DNA of 18,885 nucleotides from assembly GCA_041677685.1 (NCBI GenBank), contig JBAYPN010000014.1:1-18885 (forward strand), in the 5' to 3' direction. Below the pieces are notes generated by a model that saw only the letters and a list, made by a program, of their open reading frames with translations, did no database searches and was not told the DNA's origin. Below are positions 1-7,945 of this stretch, piece by piece. Each line of letters begins with the position of its first letter. Within the stretch, counting starts at the first letter, position 1. The translations under genes and the position numbers were made by a program. Origin of the DNA: an archaeon (GTDB lineage: Archaea; Iainarchaeota; Iainarchaeia; Iainarchaeales; CSSED10-239).

Positions 1-171
1 GCTTCTCCTAAATCAGGATCTCTGTCAGGAGCAACAACTGATGAAGCGAAGTCTTGGGGAAAGATTAAAGATGATGCAGATGCTGTAACTGTTATTGGGG
101 ATGTAACAATTACCTTCCCACTAGCAATGATTTCAGCTCTTGAAAAATTAAAGAATGAAGGAATTATTTGA
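1..171 (+). CDS. dys: Deoxyhypusine synthase, C-terminal end (5'-partial, gene begins left of the window)
   Basis: Frame 1 reads ASPKSGSLSGATTDEAKSWGKIKDDADAVTVIGDVTITFPLAMISALEKLKNEGII*. This matches the conserved C-terminal block of deoxyhypusine synthases (SGA..DEA.SWGK ... V..D.T..FPL). The TGA stop at 169-171 overlaps the next ATG by 1 nt. It is absent from the ORF track because it has no start inside the window. Confidence 0.8.
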   Translation, partial: ASPKSGSLSGATTDEAKSWGKIKDDADAVTVIGDVTITFPLAMISALEKLKNEGII

Positions 172-836
172 TGATTACAAAAATTAGAAGTTTAGTTTCT
201 AAATTAAAAGGAAAAAGAAAAACTAAAACTAAAAAGGAAATTAAAATTGAAAAGAAGAACAAAGTTGTTAATAGACAAGATGTTTATAAAAAAATAACTC
301 AAAGATATAAAGAAAAAATAAAAATTGAATTTCTAAGTAGAATTCCTAGAGAGAAAGAAATTGCATCTAAAATTAATCAAAATAAATTTATTGTTTATGT
401 TGATAAGAGTAAAGGTCCTAAATTTATTATAGGAAAATCAAAGTATTGTGATTTTGTAGCAAATTTAACTGGTAATCAGATTTATTTTTCAAAAATTAAA
501 AGTAATTTAGGGTCAAAAAATTCTTTTAGAAATTTATATGATATTAAACTGTTTAATGACTTTTTAATTGATTATGCAAAAAAGGAAAAAATTTCTAAAA
601 TTATAATTAATACTTGGATGTTTGAGGAGTTTAAAGGTTTTTCTAAATATCTTGGTGGTTATAGACCAGTTAGTGAAAGGACTGTATTTAACTATCAGAA
701 ATTTTTATCAGATGCGGGGTATAAAAAAGTTCTTGGGTATGATTTTATAACATATCATATTTATGGAATTAATCAAGAGAATAAAAAAATACAATCAATA
801 TATTCTTTACCATCCTATGTAATAGTTGTGAAATAA
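171..836 (+). CDS. Hypothetical Lys-rich protein, family not recognised
   Basis: Complete ORF in the track (TTG at 168). ATG at 171 overlaps the dys stop (TGATG), which suggests translational coupling. The N-terminal tail is strongly basic (KLKGKRKTKTKKEIKIEKKNK). I see no catalytic motif I can name. The coding call rests on length, operon position and the absence of a competing frame. Confidence 0.6.
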   Translation: MITKIRSLVSKLKGKRKTKTKKEIKIEKKNKVVNRQDVYKKITQRYKEKIKIEFLSRIPREKEIASKINQNKFIVYVDKSKGPKFIIGKSKYCDFVANLTGNQIYFSKIKSNLGSKNSFRNLYDIKLFNDFLIDYAKKEKISKIIINTWMFEEFKGFSKYLGGYRPVSERTVFNYQKFLSDAGYKKVLGYDFITYHIYGINQENKKIQSIYSLPSYVIVVK

Positions 837-892
837 TAATTGTGTTAATTTACAAAAATTTAAATTCAAAATTAAAAAAGAAAGGGTATTTT

Positions 893-1954
893 ATGTTATC
901 AAAAGCAAGATTTGAAATTTCAGAAATTAAAGTTTTAGAAGAATTTAATAAATTAAAAATAATTTCTGATATTGTAGCTTATAGTGTTAAATCAAATCCA
1001 TATATATCATCAATTTTAGAAACAAGAACAAACTCTATGTTTCTTTTACATCATATAAATGAACTTAGATTTATTAAAGATTATTCAAAAGTAATTTTTA
1101 TGTTACATTCTCCTGAAAGTAAAGAACTTGATTTTATATTTGAAAAAAAAATAAATACTTTTATTGTGGATAATATTAATGATCTTGAAAGTCTTTTAAA
1201 TTATATAAAAGTAAATAAAAAAGAAATAAATTTATTATTAAGAATGAGATTAAAAGAGTACACAGTGTCTTCAGGGAAATACTTTATATTTGGCTTTTAC
1301 TCTGAACAAATTAATGATTTAATACCAAAGTTAAAAGAAAATAAAAATATATTAGAGTTGGGAATTCATTTTCATAGAAAAACACAAAACCTCTCAGAGT
1401 GGAATATTATTAATGAGCTTGAAGATTCTTTATCTAACTTAGTTTTTGAAAATATTGATTATATAGATATTGGCGGAGGAATTCCAATCAATTATAAGAA
1501 CATTTCATCAAAGGCTATTGATTCAATATATATAAAGATTAAAAAACTAAAAGACTATTTTAATAAATTAAACATAAGATTAATAATTGAACCAGGAAGA
1601 AGAATTGCAGGACCAAGTGGGAAATTAATTACAACTATTAGAAATATTGTGGATAATAATATCTTTATAGATGCTTCTGTTTTTAATTGTTCAATGGACA
1701 CTATTGTTTCTCATATTAAGTTATTAGTTGAAAATGAAGAAGATGATAATGAAAGTTCTGATGGAAAAGGAAAAGGGTATTTGATAAAAGGATTGACTCC
1801 TGCTTCAGAAGATATCTTTAGATATAGAGTTTATTTTAAAAAACCTTATACCCCTAAAATTGGAGACAAAATAATCTTTTTAAATGCTGGAGCCTATATT
1901 TATTATACAGATCTTTTTAATCTAGAAAGACCTGAGATAAAGTTTGTTAAGTGA
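893..1954 (+). CDS. PLP-dependent fold-type III decarboxylase (Orn/Arg/Lys/DAP decarboxylase family); arginine decarboxylase is a context-based guess
   Basis: Family motifs occur in the expected order: AYSVKSNP (PLP lysine), LGIHFHRKTQ (H.H.GSQ-like), IDIGGGIP (Gly-rich phosphate loop), EPGRRIAGP (EPGR) and GDKIIFLNAGAY (GAY). The track starts the ORF at GTG 842. I prefer ATG 893, which is preceded by GAAAGGG. A TGA stop ends the ORF. Confidence 0.75.
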   Translation: MLSKARFEISEIKVLEEFNKLKIISDIVAYSVKSNPYISSILETRTNSMFLLHHINELRFIKDYSKVIFMLHSPESKELDFIFEKKINTFIVDNINDLESLLNYIKVNKKEINLLLRMRLKEYTVSSGKYFIFGFYSEQINDLIPKLKENKNILELGIHFHRKTQNLSEWNIINELEDSLSNLVFENIDYIDIGGGIPINYKNISSKAIDSIYIKIKKLKDYFNKLNIRLIIEPGRRIAGPSGKLITTIRNIVDNNIFIDASVFNCSMDTIVSHIKLLVENEEDDNESSDGKGKGYLIKGLTPASEDIFRYRVYFKKPYTPKIGDKIIFLNAGAYIYYTDLFNLERPEIKFVK

Positions 1955-1989
1955 AAATAGAAAGATAAAAGTTTTAGATGTGATGTGTT

Positions 1990-2832
1990 TTGAAAATAAT
2001 TGCAAGAAGACCTGTTAATAAAAAGAAAAAGGTAAAACCATTTGTGTTTAAAAGTAATAAAGAGTTATTTAAAAATTCAATAGAGCAACATAATAAGTTT
2101 AAAATTTTAGTTTATAATCCTGAGATTAAGACCTTATTACGAGAGTTGTCTAAAAAAGAGAAAAATCCTGGATTACTTGAAATAATAAATAAAATGTCAA
2201 AACAAAATTATAGACATAAACTAAATTCATTAGATTCTAAAAAGATTAGTTCATATAGAGACCCGATTGGTAGATTTATACTAAAGATCATACCTAATGA
2301 ATACAATGTTTTTGGAGCCAAATCAAAAGGGAATTCTAATTTTGAATTATTTGAATTGTCTGTTAAATCTAAAGGGAAATTAAAAAAATATTTTTTAAAA
2401 GAATATAGAGATGGTCGAATATTTAAAGATGCAACTGCTGAATTGTTGTTATTAAAGATTATGGAGAAAGAAGGCATTAATATTATAAAACCGCAATTTG
2501 CTTTTGATAATATTGTTAATAAAAATAAAAATAATAGTAGAAGTTTTATTGCTTATGAGTTTTCTAATTTGCATACTGTCGAAGAGGTAGTTAATAATAG
2601 AGTGCAAGGATCTAAATTGCTTGATTCTGAATATAGACTAATTAGATCTAAAATAAATGCTGTTAGATCAAATTTTAAAAGAAAAACTAAAATTGAGTTA
2701 GATGATGTTTTTATAAATAATGTATTTTTAGAGAGAGGAAATGAAAATATTAAATTATATTTTTTTGACCCTTACACTTATTCATCCGTTAGTCAGTTAC
2801 ATAATTTAGCAAAAGAAAGAGGAATAGTTTAA
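1990..2832 (+). CDS. Hypothetical protein with a protein-kinase-like motif pattern
   Basis: Complete ORF with a TTG start; the first in-frame ATG is 68 codons downstream. Its order of elements resembles atypical or small kinases (RIO/Bud32/Kdo-kinase-like). These are a Gly/Ser-rich loop FGAKSKGNSNF, a buried Lys in YFLKEY, a helix AELLLLKIMEKEGI with a Glu, a catalytic-loop-like LDDVFINNVFL (D....N) and a metal-binding-like YFFDPY. The N-terminus is basic (RRPVNKKKKVKPF). Only the coding call is fairly safe; the fold assignment is tentative. Confidence 0.55.
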   Translation: MKIIARRPVNKKKKVKPFVFKSNKELFKNSIEQHNKFKILVYNPEIKTLLRELSKKEKNPGLLEIINKMSKQNYRHKLNSLDSKKISSYRDPIGRFILKIIPNEYNVFGAKSKGNSNFELFELSVKSKGKLKKYFLKEYRDGRIFKDATAELLLLKIMEKEGINIIKPQFAFDNIVNKNKNNSRSFIAYEFSNLHTVEEVVNNRVQGSKLLDSEYRLIRSKINAVRSNFKRKTKIELDDVFINNVFLERGNENIKLYFFDPYTYSSVSQLHNLAKERGIV

Positions 2833-2846
2833 ATTATTGGTTATAT

Positions 2847-3722
2847 ATGAACTTTATGAATTTACCCAAAGAATTTAGCAATAAAGAAAAATCAAAAGTA
2901 ATTATTGTGCCTATAGAGTATGACGGCTATGTTACTACTGGTGGAGGAGCAAACAAAGGTCCTAAAGAAATTATTAAAGCTTCATATGAATTAGAATATT
3001 TTGATTGTGAACTAGAGACTGAACCATACCTTGCAGGAATACATACAACAAAAAGTATAGTTGTTAAAAAAAATAAAGAAAATTATTTTTATAAAGATTC
3101 ACAGAAAATGTTGGACAGACTATCCACACTTTTAATCTCTAAAAAATTTCCAATTTTTTTAGGTTCTGATCATTCCACTACTTTTCCTGTTGTTAATTAT
3201 TTGGAAAAAGTAAATTCAGATTTTGGAATAATAATCTTTGATGCTCATTCAGATTTAAGAGAACCTCTTGGAAAAGAAACTTGGTGGCATGCTTGTGTTT
3301 CTAGATTAATATCTAAAAAACATAAAACCTTAATTGCGGGCATTAGAAGTCAAGATTTTTATGAAAAAGAATATTTAGATTCTAAAGATTCAAAAAGTCT
3401 AAAAGTTATTCTTGCAAATGATTTAAAAAAATCACAAAAGACTTTTAATTTAGAATTAGAAAATCTTCCTAAAAAAATATTCATATCAATAGATGTTGAT
3501 TTTTTTGATCCTTCCATAATCAGAAACACAAATACTCCTGAACCTGGTGGCTTTGATTGGTTTGAAATTAATAATCTTCTAAAAGAAATATTTAAAAGAA
3601 AGGAAGTGATTGGAATTGATATTACAGAATTTTCTCCAAAAGGCCCTTTATGGAACTATAAAGGAGAAGCTTATCTTTTAGCAAAATTAATCTACAAAGT
3701 TATTGCTTATAAATTTAATTGA
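2847..3722 (+). CDS. speB: Agmatinase / ureohydrolase (arginase family)
   Basis: All Mn-binding signature blocks of the arginase/agmatinase family are present: GSDHSTTFPVV, IFDAHSDLR, SIDVDFFDPS, TPEPGG and IDITEFSP. The length of 291 aa is typical. It lies 15 nt downstream of the preceding ORF. Confidence 0.85.
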   Translation: MNFMNLPKEFSNKEKSKVIIVPIEYDGYVTTGGGANKGPKEIIKASYELEYFDCELETEPYLAGIHTTKSIVVKKNKENYFYKDSQKMLDRLSTLLISKKFPIFLGSDHSTTFPVVNYLEKVNSDFGIIIFDAHSDLREPLGKETWWHACVSRLISKKHKTLIAGIRSQDFYEKEYLDSKDSKSLKVILANDLKKSQKTFNLELENLPKKIFISIDVDFFDPSIIRNTNTPEPGGFDWFEINNLLKEIFKRKEVIGIDITEFSPKGPLWNYKGEAYLLAKLIYKVIAYKFN

Positions 3723-3804
3723 TTTCTTTTCAAAAATTTAACACTCAATTACACTTAATAAACCAATTTCTAATTGTAAGCAATAGATCTATTTTAGAAA
3801 TTAC

Positions 3805-3833
3805 CTTTATAAATATTTACTTGTATATTATAT
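3805..3833 (+). promoter_or_regulatory. Promoter-like module with a TTTATAAATA TATA box, upstream of the Trx-CcdA gene
   Basis: CTTTATAAATATTTACTTGTATATTATAT fits an archaeal TATA box. It recurs with 28/29 identity at 18286-18314, upstream of tRNA-Tyr. It lies about 75 nt upstream of ATG 3909. Confidence 0.35.
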
Positions 3834-3908
3834 TATTAAGATTAAATTATTATCAAAATTATAAATCATAATTCTTAAGATTTAAATAAATAAAATGTGA
3901 TAAATTCT

Positions 3909-5486
3909 ATGAAAATAAATAAACTATTTTTTATAATTGTATTGTTCTTTTCATTACTATTGATTGGAGGTTATTTTTTTGCAGGAGATGATTGTATCGA
4001 TCAAGACACCAATGAAGATCTTTGTGTAATTGATCCAAATGATCAAAATGGTTTGTTTCCCAACTTAGATTTTAACAATTTAAATAATAATTCAGTTGAT
4101 AATAATTCAATTGATAATGTGAATGACTACATTTGTGGAGTTTACTTTACAGGAATTGGTTGTCCTCATTGTGCAAAAATAGATCCATATTTATTTAAGG
4201 AAACTTTACCATTTAACAGTAACCTTGTAATCATTGAATTTGAAGTAAAATCAAAAAGAGAAAATGCAAAACTTGCAATTCCTTATGATAATAGTTACAA
4301 TTCTGGTTTAGAGATTCCTTTTTTAATAGTTAATAAAGAAAATGTGCATTATTATGATTCTATTAAAAATAATTTTATACAAAATAATTTTAATAATCTA
4401 AAAACTAATGCTTGTCCTTTTCCAACCTCTGTTTATGAAGATGGAGACACAACTTTTAATAATTTAAATTTAAATAAAATAAATGGAAGTCCTGTTATTT
4501 GGTTAAATGATAGGGGTCTAGAAAGAACAGGAGAAAGTGATGTTGACCCAATTTTATTAAAAAAATTATTAACTGATCAAAATATAGATTCTGTTCTAAG
4601 ACAAATACCGCATAAACATGCTGATGAAAAGTTTTTAACATACTCAGGAGGAGTTGTATTTTTTGATAATAGTATTGTTTTTGATGGTTGGAAGTTCTAT
4701 TTTAATGGTGTTTGTATAGATAATGATTCTAATCAAACAATTTGTCAAGACTCAAACACAACTAATGATTATGGGACAACAACTAAACCAAATTATGAAA
4801 GGTTAAGTTTAATTAAAGTAATTAGTTTAGCTTTAACAGATGCAGTTAATCCTTGTGCTTTTGCAGTTTTGTTAATGTTACTTTTAGCAATAACCACAAG
4901 TAATCCTAAAAGTAAGAAAAAGATTTTACTTTCAGGACTTTCTTTTGCATTATCGATCTTTATTATGTATTTTTTATATGGTTTAATATTTATTACATTT
5001 TTTAAATCATTTAGTGGTAATGTTTCAATTATTTTTTATAAAGCATTTGCAATCTTTGCAGTTCTTCTTGGACTATGGCAATTAAAGGATTTCTTTTATT
5101 ATAAGCCAGGATCAATTGGAACAGAGATGCCAATGAAGTTAAGACCGAAAGTACAGAGACTACTTTCAAAAGCAACATCTCCAAGAGGTGCATTTGTTAT
5201 TGGTTTGTTTGTGACAGTGTTTTTGTTACCATGCACTATTGGACCTTACATTATTGCAACAAGTTCTTTAGCTTTTGTAGACTTAATGAAGTCAATGCCT
5301 TTGTTGTTATTATATAATTTAATATTTATAATTCCAATGATTGTTATAACTTTGTTAATATATTTTGGATTTAAGAAAATACAAGACCTTGGAGAATGGA
5401 AACAAAAAAATATTAGATATTTACATTTAATTTCAGGAGCAATAATTTTAATTTTAGGACTGTTGATGTTGTTTGGAATTCTTTGA
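3909..5486 (+). CDS. Membrane thiol:disulfide oxidoreductase: extracytoplasmic thioredoxin-like CPHC domain fused to a CcdA/DsbD-type transmembrane domain
   Basis: A signal/anchor sequence MKINKLFFIIVLFFSLLLIGG is followed by a Cys-containing soluble region with YFTGIGCPHCAKIDPYL (a thioredoxin-fold CxxC). The polytopic C-terminal half carries the two CcdA/DsbD hallmark Pro-Cys membrane motifs (LTDAVNPCAFAVLL and LLPCTIGPY). The track start is GTG 3897. ATG 3909 gives a canonical signal peptide. Confidence 0.75.
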   Translation: MKINKLFFIIVLFFSLLLIGGYFFAGDDCIDQDTNEDLCVIDPNDQNGLFPNLDFNNLNNNSVDNNSIDNVNDYICGVYFTGIGCPHCAKIDPYLFKETLPFNSNLVIIEFEVKSKRENAKLAIPYDNSYNSGLEIPFLIVNKENVHYYDSIKNNFIQNNFNNLKTNACPFPTSVYEDGDTTFNNLNLNKINGSPVIWLNDRGLERTGESDVDPILLKKLLTDQNIDSVLRQIPHKHADEKFLTYSGGVVFFDNSIVFDGWKFYFNGVCIDNDSNQTICQDSNTTNDYGTTTKPNYERLSLIKVISLALTDAVNPCAFAVLLMLLLAITTSNPKSKKKILLSGLSFALSIFIMYFLYGLIFITFFKSFSGNVSIIFYKAFAIFAVLLGLWQLKDFFYYKPGSIGTEMPMKLRPKVQRLLSKATSPRGAFVIGLFVTVFLLPCTIGPYIIATSSLAFVDLMKSMPLLLLYNLIFIIPMIVITLLIYFGFKKIQDLGEWKQKNIRYLHLISGAIILILGLLMLFGIL

Positions 5487-5619
5487 ACTTAACAAAAGAT
5501 TTATATATAATTATTATATATAATTATAGTAAACAGAAATAAATAAATAATAATTTTAAATTATTAAATTATAAATAATTAAAATAAATTAATTTAAATT
5601 TAGATGGATTAGATACCTT

Positions 5620-7008
5620 ATGAGTGTTATACTTTGGATTATTTTAGTAATTCTTATTTTAATTTTAACATCAAGACTTGCAAAATTACTTTTTGGCTTT
5701 GATCATTATCTTGGATTTTTGATAATGATTAGAACTACAAGGTTTATTAAATATTTAGATAGACTTGCAAAAGCAAAAAAAATATTAAATGTTTTTGCAG
5801 ATATTGGAATTGTTTTGGGTTTTGGTGCTTTTGGTTTTGATTACTTAATTAAAGATAAAATTAAAAATAAATTTTATAGATTTTTAATATTTATAGGTGT
5901 TGCATTTATTTTAACAATAATTACATATTTTTCAACATATTCTTTGTTAACTAATAATCCTTTAATATCTCACAACTTTATGATATTTATGGTAATCTTT
6001 ACAGGGATAATGGGGTTGTCTGGATTTACAATGGGGTCATTAGTCTTTTCTGCATTTGATATTATTGCAAAGTTATTTGCTGGAACTGCTGGAACTGCTT
6101 GTCCTGGTGTGGGGTTAGTTATCCCTGGGGTTAAGATGCCAAAGATGGATTTGTTTATACCTTGGTATGGTTGGTTAATTTTAATTTTTTCTGCAATTAT
6201 TCATGAATTTGCCCACGGAGCTTTACTTAGAACAATCAAGGTAAAGATAAAGTCAATGGGTTTTATTTTAGCTGCAATTTTACCACTTGGAGCTTTTGTT
6301 GAACCAAATGATAAAGATCTATTAAAAAAGAAAAAGAAATCAATTATAAGAATGTATTCTGCAGGACCTACAAGTAATACTATAATTGCTTTAGTCTTTT
6401 TTGTAATTGTCTTATTGGTTAGTCCTTCAATATCTAATTACACAAATAGCATAGATCAGCAAAGAGATTTAGACATCTATGTTTATTCTGTTGATCAGAC
6501 GACTGAGGTTTGTGGTTCTGTTTATGATAGTCCTGCTTATGGTGTCTTAGATGAAAATGATATAATTGTTTCAATAAATGGGGTGGAAATTTCTAGTAGG
6601 CAAGATCTTACTTCTGCATCTAAACTTGATCAAGATAACTTGTTTGTTGTAAAAAATAAAGAGACAGGCATAGAAAGAGAAGTTAATTTAAAACCAAATG
6701 AGATGGGGAGATTTGGATTTACTTCAGGCGTTAGACAAGATCCTAATTTTGTAATTCCTGGAAAATATAAATTTTATAAGCACACATTAGCTGTACTTGT
6801 TTGGATTGCAATATTAAATTTATTAATTGCAACAGTAAACTATTTGCCAACAGTTCCATTTGATGGTGGAGCAATGTCACAAATTATATTTAGTGGATAC
6901 CTAAAAAAGAAAAGAACTGAAAAGAAAAGAATGAGATTAGTTCAAAGATTTTTTGGAACAATAATTGTGATTTTATTGTTACTAAATATCATTCCATATT
7001 TCTTTTAA
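5620..7008 (+). CDS. Site-2 protease, M50 family zinc metalloprotease with an internal PDZ-like domain
   Basis: The protein is polytopic. It has the HExxH motif HEFAHG in a transmembrane segment and the second M50 motif NLLIATVNYLPTVPFDGG (NxxPxxPxDG). Between them is a soluble insert with a PDZ-like stretch (ENDIIVSINGVEISSRQDL). Confidence 0.85.
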   Translation: MSVILWIILVILILILTSRLAKLLFGFDHYLGFLIMIRTTRFIKYLDRLAKAKKILNVFADIGIVLGFGAFGFDYLIKDKIKNKFYRFLIFIGVAFILTIITYFSTYSLLTNNPLISHNFMIFMVIFTGIMGLSGFTMGSLVFSAFDIIAKLFAGTAGTACPGVGLVIPGVKMPKMDLFIPWYGWLILIFSAIIHEFAHGALLRTIKVKIKSMGFILAAILPLGAFVEPNDKDLLKKKKKSIIRMYSAGPTSNTIIALVFFVIVLLVSPSISNYTNSIDQQRDLDIYVYSVDQTTEVCGSVYDSPAYGVLDENDIIVSINGVEISSRQDLTSASKLDQDNLFVVKNKETGIEREVNLKPNEMGRFGFTSGVRQDPNFVIPGKYKFYKHTLAVLVWIAILNLLIATVNYLPTVPFDGGAMSQIIFSGYLKKKRTEKKRMRLVQRFFGTIIVILLLLNIIPYFF

Positions 7009-7021
7009 TTATTTTTAAGAA

Positions 7022-7654
7022 TTATAATTTTTGTATAGCATTAATAATTTGTATGAAATTAGATTTAAGTTCTACCTCATTTTTAGAACTTAGAATTATT
7101 CTTTCTACTTCTTTGAGAGCAACATTAAAGAACAGATTTGTTTTAAGTGCATTTCCATTAGCATAAGCTTTACCTTTAAGTTGTATAATTTCAATTATTC
7201 TTAGGTATGTGTGGACAATTTCATTATTAATATTAAATCTTTTAAATAATAATTGTATAATTTTTGATTGTATTTCTGCAATTTCTAATTTTGTAATTAC
7301 ATCTAAGCTATGTAATCTTTTAGATTTTGCTTCTGCAACAATTTTATTAACTTCTTCTTTTAAATTAAGTTTTGATTTTGTAATGTTTAGTTTAGCTAAT
7401 TCTTTTTCTAATAATTCATCTTGTCTTTTAATATCTGTTATTTTTGATTTTATTTTTTCTCTAATGTTTTTATGATTTCTAAGTTCTATTTCTTTTTCCA
7501 TACTTAGTTGTTCTAAGTTAAGAATTGTTAAATTTTTATAAGTGATGTCAACATTTCTGTTAGCAGAAAAAGGAATTGGTTTTTTCTTTTCTTTTTCAAG
7601 TTCTTTTAGAAATTGACTTCTTTTGTTTATTATAATATTCTTTTTTATTGGCAT
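7022..7654 (-). CDS. Hypothetical coiled-coil protein
   Basis: Complete 210-aa ORF with an ATG start. It has heptad-like Lys/Glu/Leu-rich segments (EKEIELRNHKNIREKIKSKITDIKRQDELLEKELAKL). I recognise no family. The overlapping + strand ORF at 7209-7475 is low-complexity antisense. Confidence 0.55.
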   Translation of the reverse strand: MPIKKNIIINKRSQFLKELEKEKKKPIPFSANRNVDITYKNLTILNLEQLSMEKEIELRNHKNIREKIKSKITDIKRQDELLEKELAKLNITKSKLNLKEEVNKIVAEAKSKRLHSLDVITKLEIAEIQSKIIQLLFKRFNINNEIVHTYLRIIEIIQLKGKAYANGNALKTNLFFNVALKEVERIILSSKNEVELKSNFIQIINAIQKL

Positions 7655-7776
7655 ATATAATCTTTTTTTAAATTTAGTATATTATTATAGATATGAAAAA
7701 TATATAAATCTATTTTAATTTGTAATTTTTAAAAAATAGAAAAAAACCAGAAAGGAAAAAGAAAATTAAAATAAAG

Positions 7777-7848
7777 TGCATCTGTCGGGATTCGAACCCG
7801 AGTCCCGAGCTTGGAAGGCTCACATACTAACCCCTATACTACAGATGC
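7777..7848 (-). tRNA. tRNA-Gly (anticodon UCC)
   Basis: The reverse complement is GCATCTGTAGTATAGGGGTTAGTATGTGAGCCTTCCAAGCTCGGGACTCGGGTTCGAATCCCGACAGATGCA. The acceptor stem GCATCTG/CAGATGC is 7 bp. The anticodon stem TGAGC/GCTCG encloses the loop CTTCCAA. The T arm is CTCGG-GTTCGAATC-CCGAC. No CCA is encoded. Confidence 0.9.
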
Positions 7849-7904
7849 AATTGAGATTAATCTGTATTAATTACAAATTAATAAGTATATTATATAAAAA
7901 AACA

Positions 7905-7912
7905 TTTATATA
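7905..7912 (+). promoter_or_regulatory. Candidate TATA box for fen
   Basis: AAAAAACATTTATATACC contains TTTATATA preceded by an A-rich, BRE-like stretch. It ends 34 nt upstream of the TTG start. TATA-like strings are frequent in DNA this AT-rich, so support is weak. Confidence 0.3.
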
Positions 7913-7945
7913 CCTTTTCTAATTACTATTTATTAGTGATTAGAC

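Noticed and set aside
2208-2477. Antisense or overlapping ORFs inside longer genes (2208-2477 -, 7209-7475 +, 8779-8970 -, 10682-11011 -, 11172-11435 -, 17113-17346 +)
   Set aside because: Each is fully embedded in a longer ORF on the other strand, and most of those longer ORFs have clear family motifs or coherent domain structure. The translations are low-complexity (Phe/Leu/Asn/Cys-rich) mirror images of Lys/Glu-rich coding sequence.
169-3722. Possible TGA recoding (a non-standard genetic code, as in some reduced genomes)
   Set aside because: TGA terminates dys, the decarboxylase and agmatinase, and for dys and agmatinase this is at the positions where the homologous families normally end. 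No conserved domain is interrupted by in-frame TGA, so the standard code fits.
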